The notes under the pieces are model-generated. The model was not told the DNA's origin. It saw nothing but the letters and a program-made list of their open reading frames with translations, and did not search any database. DNA of 59,788 nt, the filler included, from Sphacelaria rigidula (taxonomy: Eukaryota), in the NCBI GenBank assembly GCA_964200075.2. It is 5 parts of 5 records of this genome, joined end to end, with 100 filler letters (N's around TTAATTAATTAA, not from the genome) between each part and the next. Parts side by side here need not be neighbours in the genome. Positions count along the whole stretch, not along the records: positions 1 to 11,880 come from CAXNAA020004385.1; positions 11,981 to 23,860 come from CAXNAA020004386.1; 3 more parts are not named here. The stretch is one strand, 5' to 3'. Shown here piece after piece: positions 1 through 13,491 of this stretch. Each line of letters opens with the position of its first letter. Position 1 is the first letter of the stretch. The translations under genes were made by a program, and so were the position numbers.

Positions 1-3000
1 TGTGTGACCTCGCCCACTGCAATTCGAGAGGTGACGGGTACTTGCTGTTGTAACGCGAAGTTGCTTTGCACAGCAACACAGAGTAGCTTGTTATCGATGT
101 ACACAGGCAGTGGTGACAGCACATTTTCTTCGATTGTCGTTGGTGTACAGGCGCAATGCAAAAATATCCCGCCTGTCCAGTCTCATATTTTCGATCTGTT
201 ATCTTGTTATCAATGCACACAGGCAGTAGTGACAGCAAACGTCATGGCTGTCTTCGGTCTATCAAAGGCAGTGCATCGAACACAGAAAAGATCGCGCTTG
301 AGGCGCTGGCTTGTGCGCTCGATAGCGTGTAGAGGAAACACAGCCGATTTTGATCAGAGCAAACTATATGGTTTGTGGTACTTTATGTTGGGAGAATGAA
401 TTGCCCCTCGTACACAAGCGCATACAAAAAATCTGCACCACATGGCAGGACGAAAGATACATACACATACCCTTCAAAACGAAGCTTGTCCCATGTTGCA
501 TTGTTCACACATTGTTTTCAGTATTCACAGGCAGTTACCGAAAACATCATTGCTGTCTCCCGACTGTGAAGGGGCCAAAGGACCGCAATAAAAATTGGGC
601 GCACCGGCTTAGCTTATGCGCTGGACCCAACACTCTGACATGAAACAGACGCGTCAAACGTTTCGGTGACCGCGTTGAGCCTTTCGGTGGCAGCCTTGAG
701 TTTTTTTTCAGCCTTCTCTGCGCGTTGAGGCGCCGCCTTGACCTTGCGCGCGGTCGCCAGGGCAGGTCAAGCCTTGACCGGTTTTATCCTTGTACTTCGT
801 CCATGCTTCGTGGCATTTCGATTTTCTCTTGAACTCCGAAACACCGTGCTTCTGAAAATATCCCTTTGTTCACCTCGATAAAAACTGCTGGTCCTCAACC
901 CCCAACTGCCGATTTTTCAACGTAGACATCTTGGCAACCAGGTGAAGGACTGGACTGCGGTTTGATGCGTGCGCTTCCCATACACCGGAACTGTTTAGTG
1001 TGGCAACAGATTTCCGTACGCGTGCCCCGCACTTTGACAACCGCTGCATCAAACACAAAATGTTCTGAAAAACGCGTTTCCTCCAACGTTCTGGGACTTT
1101 TTGGATCCCCTGTGGCGAATGGAGCAAATCTGCTTGCGCTGCTGTATAGGTGTTCTGTGTGTGCTGTGGGCTGTGAAGTTCCAGAGGCCGCTGTTCTTCC
1201 TGTCTCGAGATAATTGCGATGAAAAAAATTACATCTGTCGCATACTAATTCTGGGTAACTTGGGATGGAGCGTGTGTCATTTTTGGCAGAGGTTCGGCAT
1301 AGGCCCGACCAGTCTACGACATCTTCAATACGTCTTCAATATCCGTCTGCATTCATTTTTTTTTTGTGGGAACCGGATTTTTGGTCGGTAAGGCCTTCAT
1401 TCACACCCATAACAGTAGGGCTCATCTGAAGATGGAAATCGTGATCACGAGTGATTTTTTCGGGGTTTTCAACTACCTTAACCCCTCACGATGAACGTGT
1501 AATCACGAAATTGCGGGATCGGGAGACACCGATATTCGCCCCAAACTCCGAGCAATCATCTCCACGATCATTGTTATACGATTTGTGTGCGAACCGGTCA
1601 TCGGGGGTCCTGCGACTACGTAGCATGAGGTCCTGACTCTTCGGTCTTGTTGCTTGACTGAACTACCCCTAATTGTTCTAATGCATGATCGCATTGGATA
1701 CATAGTTGAAAAAAAATCGTGTTTTCGGATCTCAATGAGTTTTCACCCCGCGTTGGCCCAAGGACGCATGGTTGAGAAATATCTCCCGTGAACGAACTTT
1801 TTTTATTTTGCAAATTCTGAACCCGGGACTAATGAGAGGTGATGAATGGCCTTCGATGACTTGACTTCCTCACTCGCACCGCACCCTGCTCTATCACCCA
1901 TGGTCATGTTTCCAATTTGGGCTTACGAAATTTCCTCCGAAAACCAATGAGATCCTGGTCCGAACTTTTGCAGCAGGCCCCAAAAAAGACGGTGGCGCTG
2001 ATGAGCTCAGCTAGCGGTATGTGCACCGTATCGTGCAGTACAGTCTTTCGTAGGTGGATGTGCTTTTGGGCTATAAGTAACCTACGTCGTGCGTTTCATG
2101 CCTCAGGAAGGCTGTGATACATCAGTATGGCAGTTACCTCACAACCTTCCCCCCTTTTTGTTCCTGCGGAGTAACATCCATGACTTGGAACCACAGCGCA
2201 ATGCGCGGAGATTACGGCGATTCGTCGCTCTGGTAGCCACTGCAGTGAGGCACGAGCTACTGAACGACCTCGCAGATTGATTGTTATCTGCCGAACCTCT
2301 TGATCGAAGATAATCAAAGATGAAGCTTGCTTTTTGAATCTGTTGAGAACAATGCACCGTCGGTACCAATGCCAAAATCGACTCGAGTTTTCAGCAGACA
2401 CCCACGTTACGTTTTGCCCGAACTAACGTGCTTGTATCTTGGTGCGGTCGCGGCCTTGTGTATAGTTGATGGACCTCGTGTGTGTTTTCAGTTTGAAGTA
2501 GCCAAGAGCAGTGACGGCACGGCAGTGAAGACGACGGCGTGGTGTGGGGCGGTGGGCCGCTGACTAGTACTGAGGGGCGGGTTGGTGACGTAGCCTGTAC
2601 ACGGTAAAACCGCTCTATACTGGAAGGCTGGTTGGACACGATGTACTTACTGACTCGTGATCGACGACTGTGTCGGCAAAACCAATAGCAGACCTTGGCT
2701 AGAGCATGAACGCCACTGACGCAAGTGCCTGAAGCGTGGCAGCACGGCACGGGGAGTCATTAGAGTCACTGTTATTTTCTACGACGCACATGTACCGGTG
2801 TCCGAACGTACATGCACATGGCGCGAATCTCCAAGGCTGCAGCCACGACAAGGAGCACAAAACAACGCAACGACCGTCATGACAAACACGGAGAAATTCC
2901 ACTCTCTTCCATACAGAACCACGTTTCTCTTCGATGCCCTAGTGCAGGCGTGTGTGGCATGCGGTATTTCTGATTTCCCTTGATACAGTTTGCCTTGAGG

Positions 3001-5418
3001 GCCTGTTTGGGTCGGGCTCGTGCCCACAGGGGTAAAGCGTGGCCAAAGAATAGCGCACGCTTACTGGTGCCGTCGAGGCACCGATTATCCCTTGTGGAAA
3101 TACGATGTTGGCACTCTCTTGGCACGAGTCAGGTCATATCTTATGTGGGCTGAAGGCTGAAGGCGTTCAAAAGCAAAAGCAGAGCATGTCGCCGTCCCCT
3201 GTCTTGGAAACCATCACCTCCTTGAAAACAATCACGCCCCATTTCCCGAGTCGCTGAGGTTCTGGATTCCGCAACAGGCGTTTGCGAGACATCCAATTGA
3301 ACATGAAACAATGTCGAAAATACGTTGACATTGAGCAAAATACGACTTCCGTTCACTTACAAATGCGCTTGTGGCGGGTGACTGTTCGCGGAATCAGGAT
3401 TCTAGCGATTCTGAAGAATGTACGAGTTTCATCTAGCTGAAGTGGTACCAAGTATTCAAAACACGCGGCGACGAAAATTCCTCATTCCTGACCAAAAATA
3501 CCGCCAAATGCAGCAAAACTCGAGAGTCAAAGCGAGGAGAGTGCAATCCCTCGAAGATGTGGCTTCAGGATTGGAAAATTTTCACACACATGTATGCGCC
3601 TGCTCAACTATCAGGTCGATTTGGACACAATGGCGTTGCATAAGTCATCCCGAGGTTGCAATTGTCCATCTGGTCCGCCGTGTTTGCAAGCAAAAATGCT
3701 GCCGAACGGAGGTGGGGTGGCATATCTGTCACTTCCTCCACCCCCCGTCCCCCCCCGCGCGCCACCTCCTTTTGGTTTCGAAATATTTACACATTACCTG
3801 GAATCCACCAGAGGTAGACGAAGGCTTCGCAAGCAGTTGCGTTTGGCTGTAGGAAGGATCCACAATACATGAATAACTGGTGACGTGAAGTAATCATTTT
3901 CGCACAATCCCTTTATGGTGCGGCACTCTCTTGAGTCTTTGAAGCTCACCCTCCTCACCGATGCTTTGGTCGTCACCATAGATCCTTATTTCTGACTCAA
4001 CCTCAACCTAACAATATCCATGAACAGTGTATACCTTGCTTGGAGTTCATTAATATGCCATCAATGAATAAACCGATTTTAGATGTCTGACTACCTCTGG
4101 CAGCCTGAGCGGTTCGATTTGGATCAGACTACCCAGCCTCTCGCCAATTCTGGGTTCGCAGAAACAATCGGTCATGATTCCTCCACTGAAAGACATGCCA
4201 CCCCCCGACTTTTAGGAAAACGAAGTGCAAGGAATGAGATATTAACAACCCCCGGGAGAATGGCCAAAATATGAACTTTTAATCGGCTTGTGAAGACGGC
4301 TTCTTCGTGTAGGTTATGTCCGCAATGTACTGTGCAATGCATGTTATTGTGACCAACTGTATTTTATGAGCTGTCTGTAGAACCACCTGGGGCGTGCTCA
4401 ATGATGAGCTTGTTTTTACAAACCCCATTCCCGACGAACAAGAACCTCTGTACGCTGCAAGCAGTATATTTTCTTGACAGGAGCGGAATAAGTTAGGTCA
4501 TGTAGTTCACACGACCATCAACGTCGATGACCTGCACCTTGCCACTTGATCCACCCGGTGGCGCAGATAAACCGCCCCAGCTCGAGCCAACACTGGAGTC
4601 TGGAAGCATTTCATCCTGACGGCCTGCATTGCTGCTCATATTTCGTGTTTCTACTCAACGGTACCCCGTAACCCGTCAGTGTACGACATTGACAGACTCG
4701 ACATTTTGTGGGTTTGTGGTGTTGAAAGAACGAGAGGCGGGGCTGATTCACGGGGGATTGTGGTCCAAGTTCAGTTCATCATATTGTATTTTGGTCGGGA
4801 TTAGACCTATTTTCATACCTCCCCAAGGTATGTGTACGTGTGGTGGTATCTGCATCGGGTATATATACAAAGGTACATACCCTAACCCCAGCTAGGGGTA
4901 TGGGAGGCTTTTAGAACTTGCAGAACTATTGGGTACCGGTAGATGGGTAAGTCTTACGAAAGTTGCAGAAATGTCGGGTACCGGGATGGGAGTCCCACAG
5001 AAGTTACCGAACTTGTCGGGTCGGGTACGGATGTTGCACAGCAAACTGTACCCGCAACCGGGTGTTTTTTCAAGGGTATACCCGTGCCCTCGGTAAGACA
5101 GCGTTGCTCCTTTTCCATAGCACAGGCTGGGCCGCCTAAGAAGCTCACTTGCCTTCAGCCCGTTCTAACTGATGATGTATCGCAAGTTGTGTCTACTATG
5201 ACACATCGTGATAATCGGCAAATCAGCGCGCGTCTTCAAATTTATGTAGCACTGCGATCCGGCAAAGTCTCATCACACGAAATACCAAGCTGTAGTCAGG
5301 TGCGGAAGTGTAGAGAGTTGAGGGTGCTATGTGCGGCGGAATTAGCCAAAAGGAAACGTCTGAGATTGTATTTTCGGTTACAGTCAGTTTTGTGCCGCGT
5401 GGTGCCGCACAAGCTGTA

Positions 5419-5696
5419 GCACAATTTCCGAGCTCAATACTTGGTCGTTTTCGATGAAATTTTGACATGATGTACAGGACATATGTGCAAAAACCCCTTT
5501 GTTCCTCCCGTTTTTTTTCTCCGTGACTTACTAACAACGGATCATTTCAGAACAGTTTTTCGGAACAAAATTGCCAATATCTCCCGCAGGACAAGAAAAA
5601 AAGCATGGGAGAAAAGGTTCGGTATTCGCACATACGTGCTGTACATCGTGTCAGAATTTAATCGAAAACAGCTTGATATTGAACAGCATAAATGCA
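5419..5696. mobile_element. Fold-back MITE, copy 1 (long imperfect terminal inverted repeats)
   Basis: Left arm ...GTTTTCGATGAAATTTTGACATGATGTACAGGACATATGTGC is the approximate reverse complement of right arm GCACATACGTGCTGTACATCGTGTCAGAATTTAATCGAAAAC; homologous to 5761-6046. Confidence 0.65.
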
Positions 5697-5760
5697 TTTG
5701 AATTCGTATTCGTAACTGGTCCACCTCCGTATACTAAAGAAACCGGTTGTCGACAGAATG

Positions 5761-6046
5761 ACACATATTCTTCGCTCAATTTTGGATCGTTTTCGGTGAT
5801 TTTTTGACACGATGTACAGGACGTATGTGCGAATACCAAACTTTCCATCCCCAGTTTTTTTTGTTTCCTCCCTGAATTATTGGCGACGGAACATTTCAGA
5901 ATATTTTTCGAAACAAAATCGTCAATAACTCACGAAGGAAAAAATAACAGAATTGGGGATGGAAGGTTTTGTATTCGCACAAACGTCCTGTATATCGTGT
6001 CAAAATTCCATCGAAAACGATCCAAAATTGAGCGAAGAAAGTGCGT
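5761..6046. mobile_element. Fold-back MITE, copy 2 (TIRs over 100 bp)
   Basis: TTCTTCGCTCAATTTTGGATCGTTTTCG...TTCCATCCCCA pairs with TGGGGATGGAA...CGAAAACGATCCAAAATTGAGCGAAGAA. Confidence 0.75.
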
Positions 6047-8135
6047 TTCAACACTCCTGGTGGCTTTTTGAGCGGCCCAGCTCGTGGGGAGGCGTTATTT
6101 TTGAAGGTCAAGCATCAAAATAATTCGCACCTCGCTTGCGACTACCCCGAAACTTGGAGGAAGCGTAGATTGGCACTACAGCAAGGTGTCACAGTTACAG
6201 CTGTAGCTTCACAAGGCGCCGAGGGCCCGCTCTGCATTGAAACGGCGGATACCAGCAGTGAGGTCATTTTTTTCAACACTTCCTGTCCGATGATGATCAT
6301 ATTGGGTATGATAACGGTCAGGCCCGCAGGTCGCAATGGACCCCGCCGGCCTCATCATCAATCCTCGCCCAGTTATTGATGAACGCTCGAAAAAATACAG
6401 CAAAGAAGCATCGTTTAACTCCGTTATTCATCTTAGGGTTTGGGGGCTGAACGTTCCCACCCCAAGTCACGTGACAGATCAAGTGTTGAGCTCCTCTCGC
6501 GCGACTACTGCGTTTTGCCGTGGACCGTTGCCGGCGTACCTGGCAAGAGGGCATCGTCCCCTCACAGACAGTACCATTGCTAACAGATACAGCCTGCTGA
6601 CAGCCTGGCAGCCAGCAAGGTGGTTGTAATGGTGTACATTTCATTAGCGGCATCAACTCAGTGGGAGAGTTTGCACTTTAATATTTTGGCGATTGCCCCA
6701 CTACACTTCTCCCACATGTTGTGGGTTATTTCACGATCTCACCGCCGAACATTATATGTGAAAATATATCACACCCTGGACAAAAAATATAGTAGGTATA
6801 CAGTGTCGAAAAAAGTGTACTGCGCACGGTATGGATTCTTTTGCATACTGCAATTTGCGCAAAACTCGTACTTGAAGTAAGTACGGCACGCAATACACGT
6901 CAAGACAGTGTAGTGTGTAGAAATATCCACGATGTGAAATGTTCCAGGCGGCCTCCGCGCCACCCGGGGCAAACACCCGCTTAGCTGTGATGCGGACAGC
7001 TGTACGGGATGTGGCGTAGCGAGGGGTGGTATCCCACGTACACAGAGGCCCCAGCACAAGCGGCTGCGTTCATGTTTTGGCGAACTGCACAAGACAGTGG
7101 GGAATCAATGTAGCACAGGGATAAGCTCGGGATGTGACAGGCTGCAGTGCGCTATGCCAACCTGCACCCTGCCGCTGTGCGGTGAGCAGGTAGCACCGCC
7201 CAAGGCGTCACTACTACGGTTTGTACGCAGTGTCAAAACACAGTAAGCAGCAGTATAGGGTATATACAGTATATACATAGGTGTTTCAAGACCGATGCGC
7301 ACGTGGTGGGGCCCGCATGTAGAAAACCCTGCACCCATTCCACCATTTTCTGAAGTATACGACCATATTTTGAGCAGCAGTCGCCTGCGATGTGTGCTGT
7401 GACTGGTCTCGTGCATAATAGGGCTTTCCACCACGGGAGGTCGCCCCTGAAACAGTGCCCGTGCTGAAAGTGACCACCCCTCTTCCCACGATGACCTACC
7501 CTCTCACACAAGATAACTGAAACTGCGGAACATGACATGACTCAGTCGACGGGATCGTACAAATCCCACCTCATCTTCGCGTGAACTACCTCCATATTTA
7601 TGGAAAAGGAATAACACTGAAGAGTATGGGTGGCTTTCAAGACCCACAGAACTGTCGGGTACGGGTAATATACCTTAAAAAATACCCCGGGTACACAAGA
7701 TCGCGTACCCTACTGAACACAACGTTGTATAGTTCCATATGTCGAGAGAACGTCTCATCAAAAGAGGTATTTCAGGAACAGTTGGAGATGATGGTGCTGA
7801 AAAAACTCCCCATTTTGACGGATGAGTTTTACCATACCACCGTTGTTGCTACGTAGGCAGCTAGTTGCATGCGTCTTGCCGGAGAATTGTTCACAAGAAA
7901 CAAATTGCACAGGTTCCTAGTTGAGAGCCTGTCACTGACGTCTAATTATTGGATGGAGGTGTCCAGCCCGTGGAGAGTTCAAATCATGACGCTCGAACCT
8001 TTGAGGTGAAGTTTCTTGTACTGGCAATAGCCCTCCAAGGGTTTTGGTTTCTGCCCTCTACTACAACCAGCTTGCTGAGAGATGAAGCCCATCCGGCGGC
8101 GTACCGTCCTCATACTTACATGGTTGATCGTGCAG

Positions 8136-8681
8136 GCAGAAGAGCGTATCCAAGCGACCATCGAACCCACAAGCGAGGGAGGCCACTCTGATGGAAGAGG
8201 CGATGCGAACGCAGCGGAGGTATTATCGCCACCACAGTCGAACGGGGAACAACCGGTGACAATCACCGGGAAAGATGGAGGAAACACAGATGACAAGGCC
8301 CGGGGGGTTGCTGTGAATGATGAGGTGCAAAGTGAGGATCGACCGGCGGGATCAGAAAATGTCAAGGTAGACAGTGCTAAGGTGGGAAGTGCGAAGGAAA
8401 AGAAACGGAAAGAATTAACACCAACAGCACCTGCGTGGACACCCGGCGGGCCGGCTGTCACAGATGCCGCACTTGAACAAGTGTCTGCTGAGGACGACTC
8501 TTTCGCAGCAGTGCCACCTTCGAACGAAGCTGAAGTTTGTGCGGCACTGCCTGAGGTCGCCGAGGTTCGAAAATCAAATGAGGTCCCTGTTGCTGACGAT
8601 ATGCCCGTGACATCTCCTGATGACGAATCGAGCGACGTCGACGATGGCAGAGCAGAAGCCACGGCACAATCAAGTGCGTGA
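8136..8681 (+). CDS. Probable terminal exon of a protein with acidic disordered C-terminus and PAM2-like motif
   Basis: Acceptor GATCGTGCAG| at 8135, 181 open codons to TGA, E/D/S/A/P-rich composition, KELTPTAPAWTP at 8409-8444; upstream exons not resolved. Confidence 0.55.
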   Translation, partial: AEERIQATIEPTSEGGHSDGRGDANAAEVLSPPQSNGEQPVTITGKDGGNTDDKARGVAVNDEVQSEDRPAGSENVKVDSAKVGSAKEKKRKELTPTAPAWTPGGPAVTDAALEQVSAEDDSFAAVPPSNEAEVCAALPEVAEVRKSNEVPVADDMPVTSPDDESSDVDDGRAEATAQSSA

Positions 8682-11572
8682 CAAGACCGTGAGCATGGAG
8701 GCTGTTATGTAGGGTAAGCATTAGCTTGAATATATTGACATTCAAAAGTGATCGCCGCTCGTTGAACGTTCGCTACTCGTAGCGGCAATCAATTGGACAG
8801 CGTCAGCCGGCGTGACGGTTGATTTGCGACTCACGAACATGTCCCGTTAATCTCCATGACAGGAATCGTTCACGAGCACACGATAGTGCAGTGCTTGGAG
8901 CGTACGACCAAAACTGGTGTTGGGTTCTTGTTGGACCAATGGTCTCGCATAGGTGTGTGCGCCCGTGAGAGCGTTCAGGTATTATTGTACTGTATCAAGA
9001 AGAGGAGGAATGACGGGCTCATATATGTGGCGTCTACTACGAGTGTAGTACGTTGCGGTTTACTTTTGCCCACTTTATTGGATATTCTTTGGCTGGATAT
9101 GAACAGACGAACCGAAGCCTGAGTAATGCACATGGTCGCGTTGTGCGTGGCATACACGGGTCACGGAAGTCTTTACTTACATGTACCATTGGAGTAGCAG
9201 TATATGTCTCAGTTGACTTGTTTATTTACTAGCAATTTGCTGAATGTCTAGTCGTATTGTGTGTATGATCAAGATATGGATGCGGTTCTATTTTGTATTG
9301 TTTTGAGTCCCACGGTCACTGACCTTGGTTATGCCGTTGGTGTCCCCGTGCGCACGTACTGGAGTACCTGGCCGTTAGTCGTGTACAAAAAGCATCGCGT
9401 TGCAGTACCTTCCTCCGCAGTCAATTTGTAACCGGCGATGTGGACCCACCATCAGTAAAATTACGCGGTCAACCACCTGTGTCGCCGTTTATTCGTGGAA
9501 GCGAAGCATGGCCTTGTGTGGTGAGGAAATACTCATCTGGTCGTGTCCGTCATGGAGTGTCCACCACTAGCTGCTGTTCACGACTGTCATCCTGTGAACA
9601 TGAGCATGAAAGTGTCCGTGCACGAACCAAAGCTATATTACGTGGCTTCATGACATGGAATGCAAGACTTCCTCTGTTCCCTGTCTCATTTCTATTGCCA
9701 ACAAATGGTCCACGCTCTGATATTGGTACATATACGATACGAATATGTGCGCACGCACGGCCATGGACAGTGGATTGCTTCACGATCTCACCCGGTTGAT
9801 GACGTTTGGTTGGTTTTGTGGTACAGGACGCATACATGGGGATGGTTTTGTGGCACAACGTCAAATGGGGATAGATTTTTGTAGTCAATGTAAAATGCGA
9901 CCAATCAGAGGCCCTTCGGTGAGGAACCACCTGAATCTAGCGCCAATGAACTGCGACCTCCGTAGTGAAAAATTGTTGTGATTGGCTCGCACACTTTGAG
10001 TCACGCCTGTAGTGCACGACGGGACGGATAGAACAGCAGCAGAGAAACGAAGCTGCAAGTAGACAAGCAGACAGTGAGAGGTACATTGCCGCCACAGTTG
10101 GTCAGGGCGATGCTCGTGTATCGGTGTACCCCCATCTTACTATGGCTGGTTGTCATTCCGTGGCCGCGAGCGCTGGCGCCGATGCCAGCGGCAGCGGCCG
10201 CCATGCTGACAGGTGCAAACAGTACCCTGGCGGTGTAGTATATCCGCACTATGCCGTGTGTCGCTCCTTCCATCGAAGCACGGGTTCTAGCCCAGCCGGT
10301 CGAGTGGTGTAAACCGGCGCTGGTTGTCTCTTTACCCAGCCTTGTTTGGTGGTGACAGTCGAGTGTGTAGACCGCACTGCGTCCCGACTAACATGCAGCA
10401 CCTCAAGCCATCTCAGCAGAGACCAAACCATCTTCGCAACGTCTAGACACACCACAACACGGTGACAGCTACAGCACACATGAGAGCGGACATGAGTGTG
10501 TATATGCTGCAGTACAGTGAAACTGGACAGGTCCTATGTTTCAGTTCTTCGGCTGGTTTTACACGGGTAGTATTTCGTCGGGCGCCGATCTTTAACGGTC
10601 GGTCATAATCGCGCTCCGCGCAAATGATTTCCTTGACTACAAAACCAAGAGTCTGTCGAAAAAATATTTCGGGATACGTAAAACACAACATCGAAAGTTT
10701 CAGTTTTTGAGGGGGGGGAGGGGGGGGCACCCAGCGTATGTCACCTAGTTTATTGCCGAGGCGTTGGCGGATGCGGTCAGCTGCCATGTACAGAGATCCT
10801 TGGCACGAAGACCGCTGAGATAACGGACACACCGTCCTTCCAAGCTCATCACCTACGACCATGACTACATTTATCGGATCATGTTCCGTGTTGCGTGCAT
10901 CGACTACCTACCACTAGTTCGGGCAGATTTGTCGAGGCGTGAGATTATTTCTTTGGCTACAGGCTGCGGCTTCCCTGCGCTCGTGTATTGTACATGGATG
11001 TGTGTGAGCGTTGCCGGTATCCGAGGTCATCAGGACAGGGTGAGCAAGGAGCAAAAGCAAATATACGAACCTCGTAAAGCTCGCCAGACTTTTCGGTTTC
11101 TGTCACTGTTCGTTGATGACTATCATTCAACCATTCCAATTTTCAAATTGGTTGTTGTCTCAGGCTATTTCAGATTCGGCGTTAGATTTCTATGACAGAA
11201 AACACTCTCATTTTTCTCGGAATACTTTTGAGAAAACAAGGAGAACTTTTCGAAAAACCGCTCAAGATATGACGCCATTAAATGGAGTACAGGGTACTAC
11301 ACTGAACACAAGACAATTCTGCAGTGGCATATGGAGTGCAGAGTACTACACTGAACACAAGACAACACGGCAATTCTGCAATGTTTTTTCTAGTTTTAGA
11401 ACCTGAAGACGGATTGTATACAGTATGGCTACTTCTCATGTATCAAACGATAAAACTTGTTGAAAAGTGCATTTTGGACCTTTCTTCGTGGGTTTTCCCC
11501 CGAAAAGAGGGCGAGGCGGCTGTTGACACCTTGGAATGACTTGCTCTACTCGCTGAGACGGTCCCAAAGCAC

Positions 11573-11813
11573 CTTTGCGTTTCTCGTAGGTCAAGGTTTC
11601 GTTTTTGGCCAAACTTGCATTTTCAATAACAAACGGTCAACTTACCAAAGAAATGTCAGTTTCCCCCCTGTTTTTAGATAACTTCACCGTTTGTTATTGA
11701 AAATGCACGTTTGGCCAAAAACTCCCCCCCGCCCCTGTTTTTAGATAACTTGACTATTATTGAAAATGTAAGTTTGGCCAAAAACGAAACGGTAACCTGC
11801 GGCAAACGTAAAG
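11573..11813. mobile_element. Small inverted-repeat element with internally duplicated right arm
   Basis: GTTTCGTTTTTGGCCAAACTTGCATTTTCAATAA versus TTATTGAAAATGTAAGTTTGGCCAAAAACGAAAC; the right-arm motif occurs twice. Confidence 0.6.
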
Positions 11814-11880
11814 AACAGTGTTTTCGTGAGATTGAGAGTAGATGATACGATTGAGAGTGGCTTTGATCATTCGCTTTAAG

Positions 11881-11980
11881 NNNNNNNNNNNNNNNNNNNN
11901 NNNNNNNNNNNNNNNNNNNNNNNNTTAATTAATTAANNNNNNNNNNNNNNNNNNNNNNNNNNNNNNNNNNNNNNNNNNNN
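11881..11980. other. Artificial contig-joining linker (N44-TTAATTAATTAA-N44)
   Basis: Exactly 100 bp; central TTAATTAATTAA gives stops in all six frames; identical to three other linkers. Confidence 0.97.
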
Positions 11981-12099
11981 GGTTACCGCCAAAAAAAACG
12001 GTGGGGGGGAGGGGGGGGGGGAAGCTACTCGCATAATAAGAGCCGAAAAGCTCACCAAGTCAACCATATGTGTTTCGGCAGTTTCCCACGGAAGAGTTT

Positions 12100-13110
12100 T
12101 GACCGTGAATCATGTATTCTTCTCCCAGTTGAAGTTGATGCCGATTCAACCGATCATCACCCCTACTGGGTCGTTTCGTGTCTAAAGCTTGTAGGAATCC
12201 ACGCCAACATTAACCCTTCGAAGGCGAGAGAGAGTAGGTCATCTCTTCCGTTGGCATCAATTTCACTGGAGAAAAGTATAAATGAATGATCCAGATGGAC
12301 TACCCCTCGCGGTTTAACAGTTGTCATCCCTAGACGGTGAGGATAGGTCATCTGTGGAATCGGCATCAATTCACTTGAAACAAAAATGCATGATCGAGAT
12401 AGGATACTCGCGGCCGAGGGGTTGATGCAAATCGGCATCACTTTACCTCGCAGAAGACAATGTGATTCGTACCGGTCGTATGCATGACCAAATTTCACTG
12501 AAGACGCCACGGCTCAGGGCATGGCGGTTGCATGATGCACTGAAGGACTCTCTGTTATCATGCTCAACGACACATGCTCCGCCAGACCTCCGGCTTCCGG
12601 TAAACCCTCTAGCGCCGGAAGTGTTCATTTGTAGAATATACATCGTTATTACTTGAAAAGAGCCTGAAAATGATGCCGGTTCCACGAATTCTTCCAGTGA
12701 TGGGCTCTCTAAGTGACATTTTTAGCGACAGCTCCCCCTTCCAAAAAGTGGCTGGTTTGGAGAGGCAAAATCTACACGTGAATCGAAATGAACTAAACCG
12801 AGCATACCGAGCAGATGATTTGTGGAATCGGCATCATTTTCACTTGAATATATATGTGAGAATCAGGCCTACTCCACAAATAAATGAACACCTCCGGCGG
12901 TTGAAGGGTTGGGATTGGCGCCGTAGGGCAAAGCACCCTGTGACTCCGAGAGCCATAGGATAGTCTCGGTGACACTTTCTGCGATAGCTCCCCCCCCAAA
13001 AGTGGATGGTTGTGAAGGGCAAAATCTACACCACGTAAATCGAAATGAAAGAAGCCGAGCACAGCGAGCAGCTGATTTGTGGCATCGACATCATTTTCAC
13101 TCGAAAAATA
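12100..13110. repeat. Cluster of decayed MITE-family fragments sharing the core GAATCGGCATCATTTTCACTTGAA
   Basis: Core or its reverse complement recurs near 12135, 12250, 12357, 12430, 12670, 12825, 13080; TTAA-CCCTT terminus at 12210. Confidence 0.6.
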
Positions 13111-13491
13111 CGTGAGCCGAGCACAACGAGCGGCTGGGAGGTCCCACGCTTGGGTTCGTTTTCGCCAAGGTCGCCCATATAAAGCGCTTCATGCAGCCTG
13201 AAATCAAACATCAGGCGCTGTACGACCCTTTTCTTCGTGAAAGTTCTAGGCTGGTTTGGGGGGGAAAGGGGGGGAAAGCTATCGCAGAAAGTGCCCGGTG
13301 CCCGAATGTTTACCATCTGCCTTCATCAGTGGACTACGGTTGGGGTTAGGGTTAGAGTGTGCTGGGTCAGTCTATCAAAGATTTCGATATATCATAGAAA
13401 TACGAACTGACGACGAGATTGAACCCTTCGACCGCCGCTTGTTGAACAGGAATCATTTTCAGGCTCTCCCAAGGTAAAAAAAACAATGGCA

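Noticed and set aside
3400..3990. Protein kinase pseudogene on minus strand (ELQRLKRVPHHKGIVRK, MDNCNLG)
   Set aside because: Only vague resemblance, multiple stops, no HRD or DFG motif found
7979..8662. 227-aa minus-strand Ser-rich ORF
   Set aside because: Antisense shadow of the plus-strand acidic exon
13338..13356. Telomeric TTAGGG tract
   Set aside because: Only two or three degenerate units, interstitial
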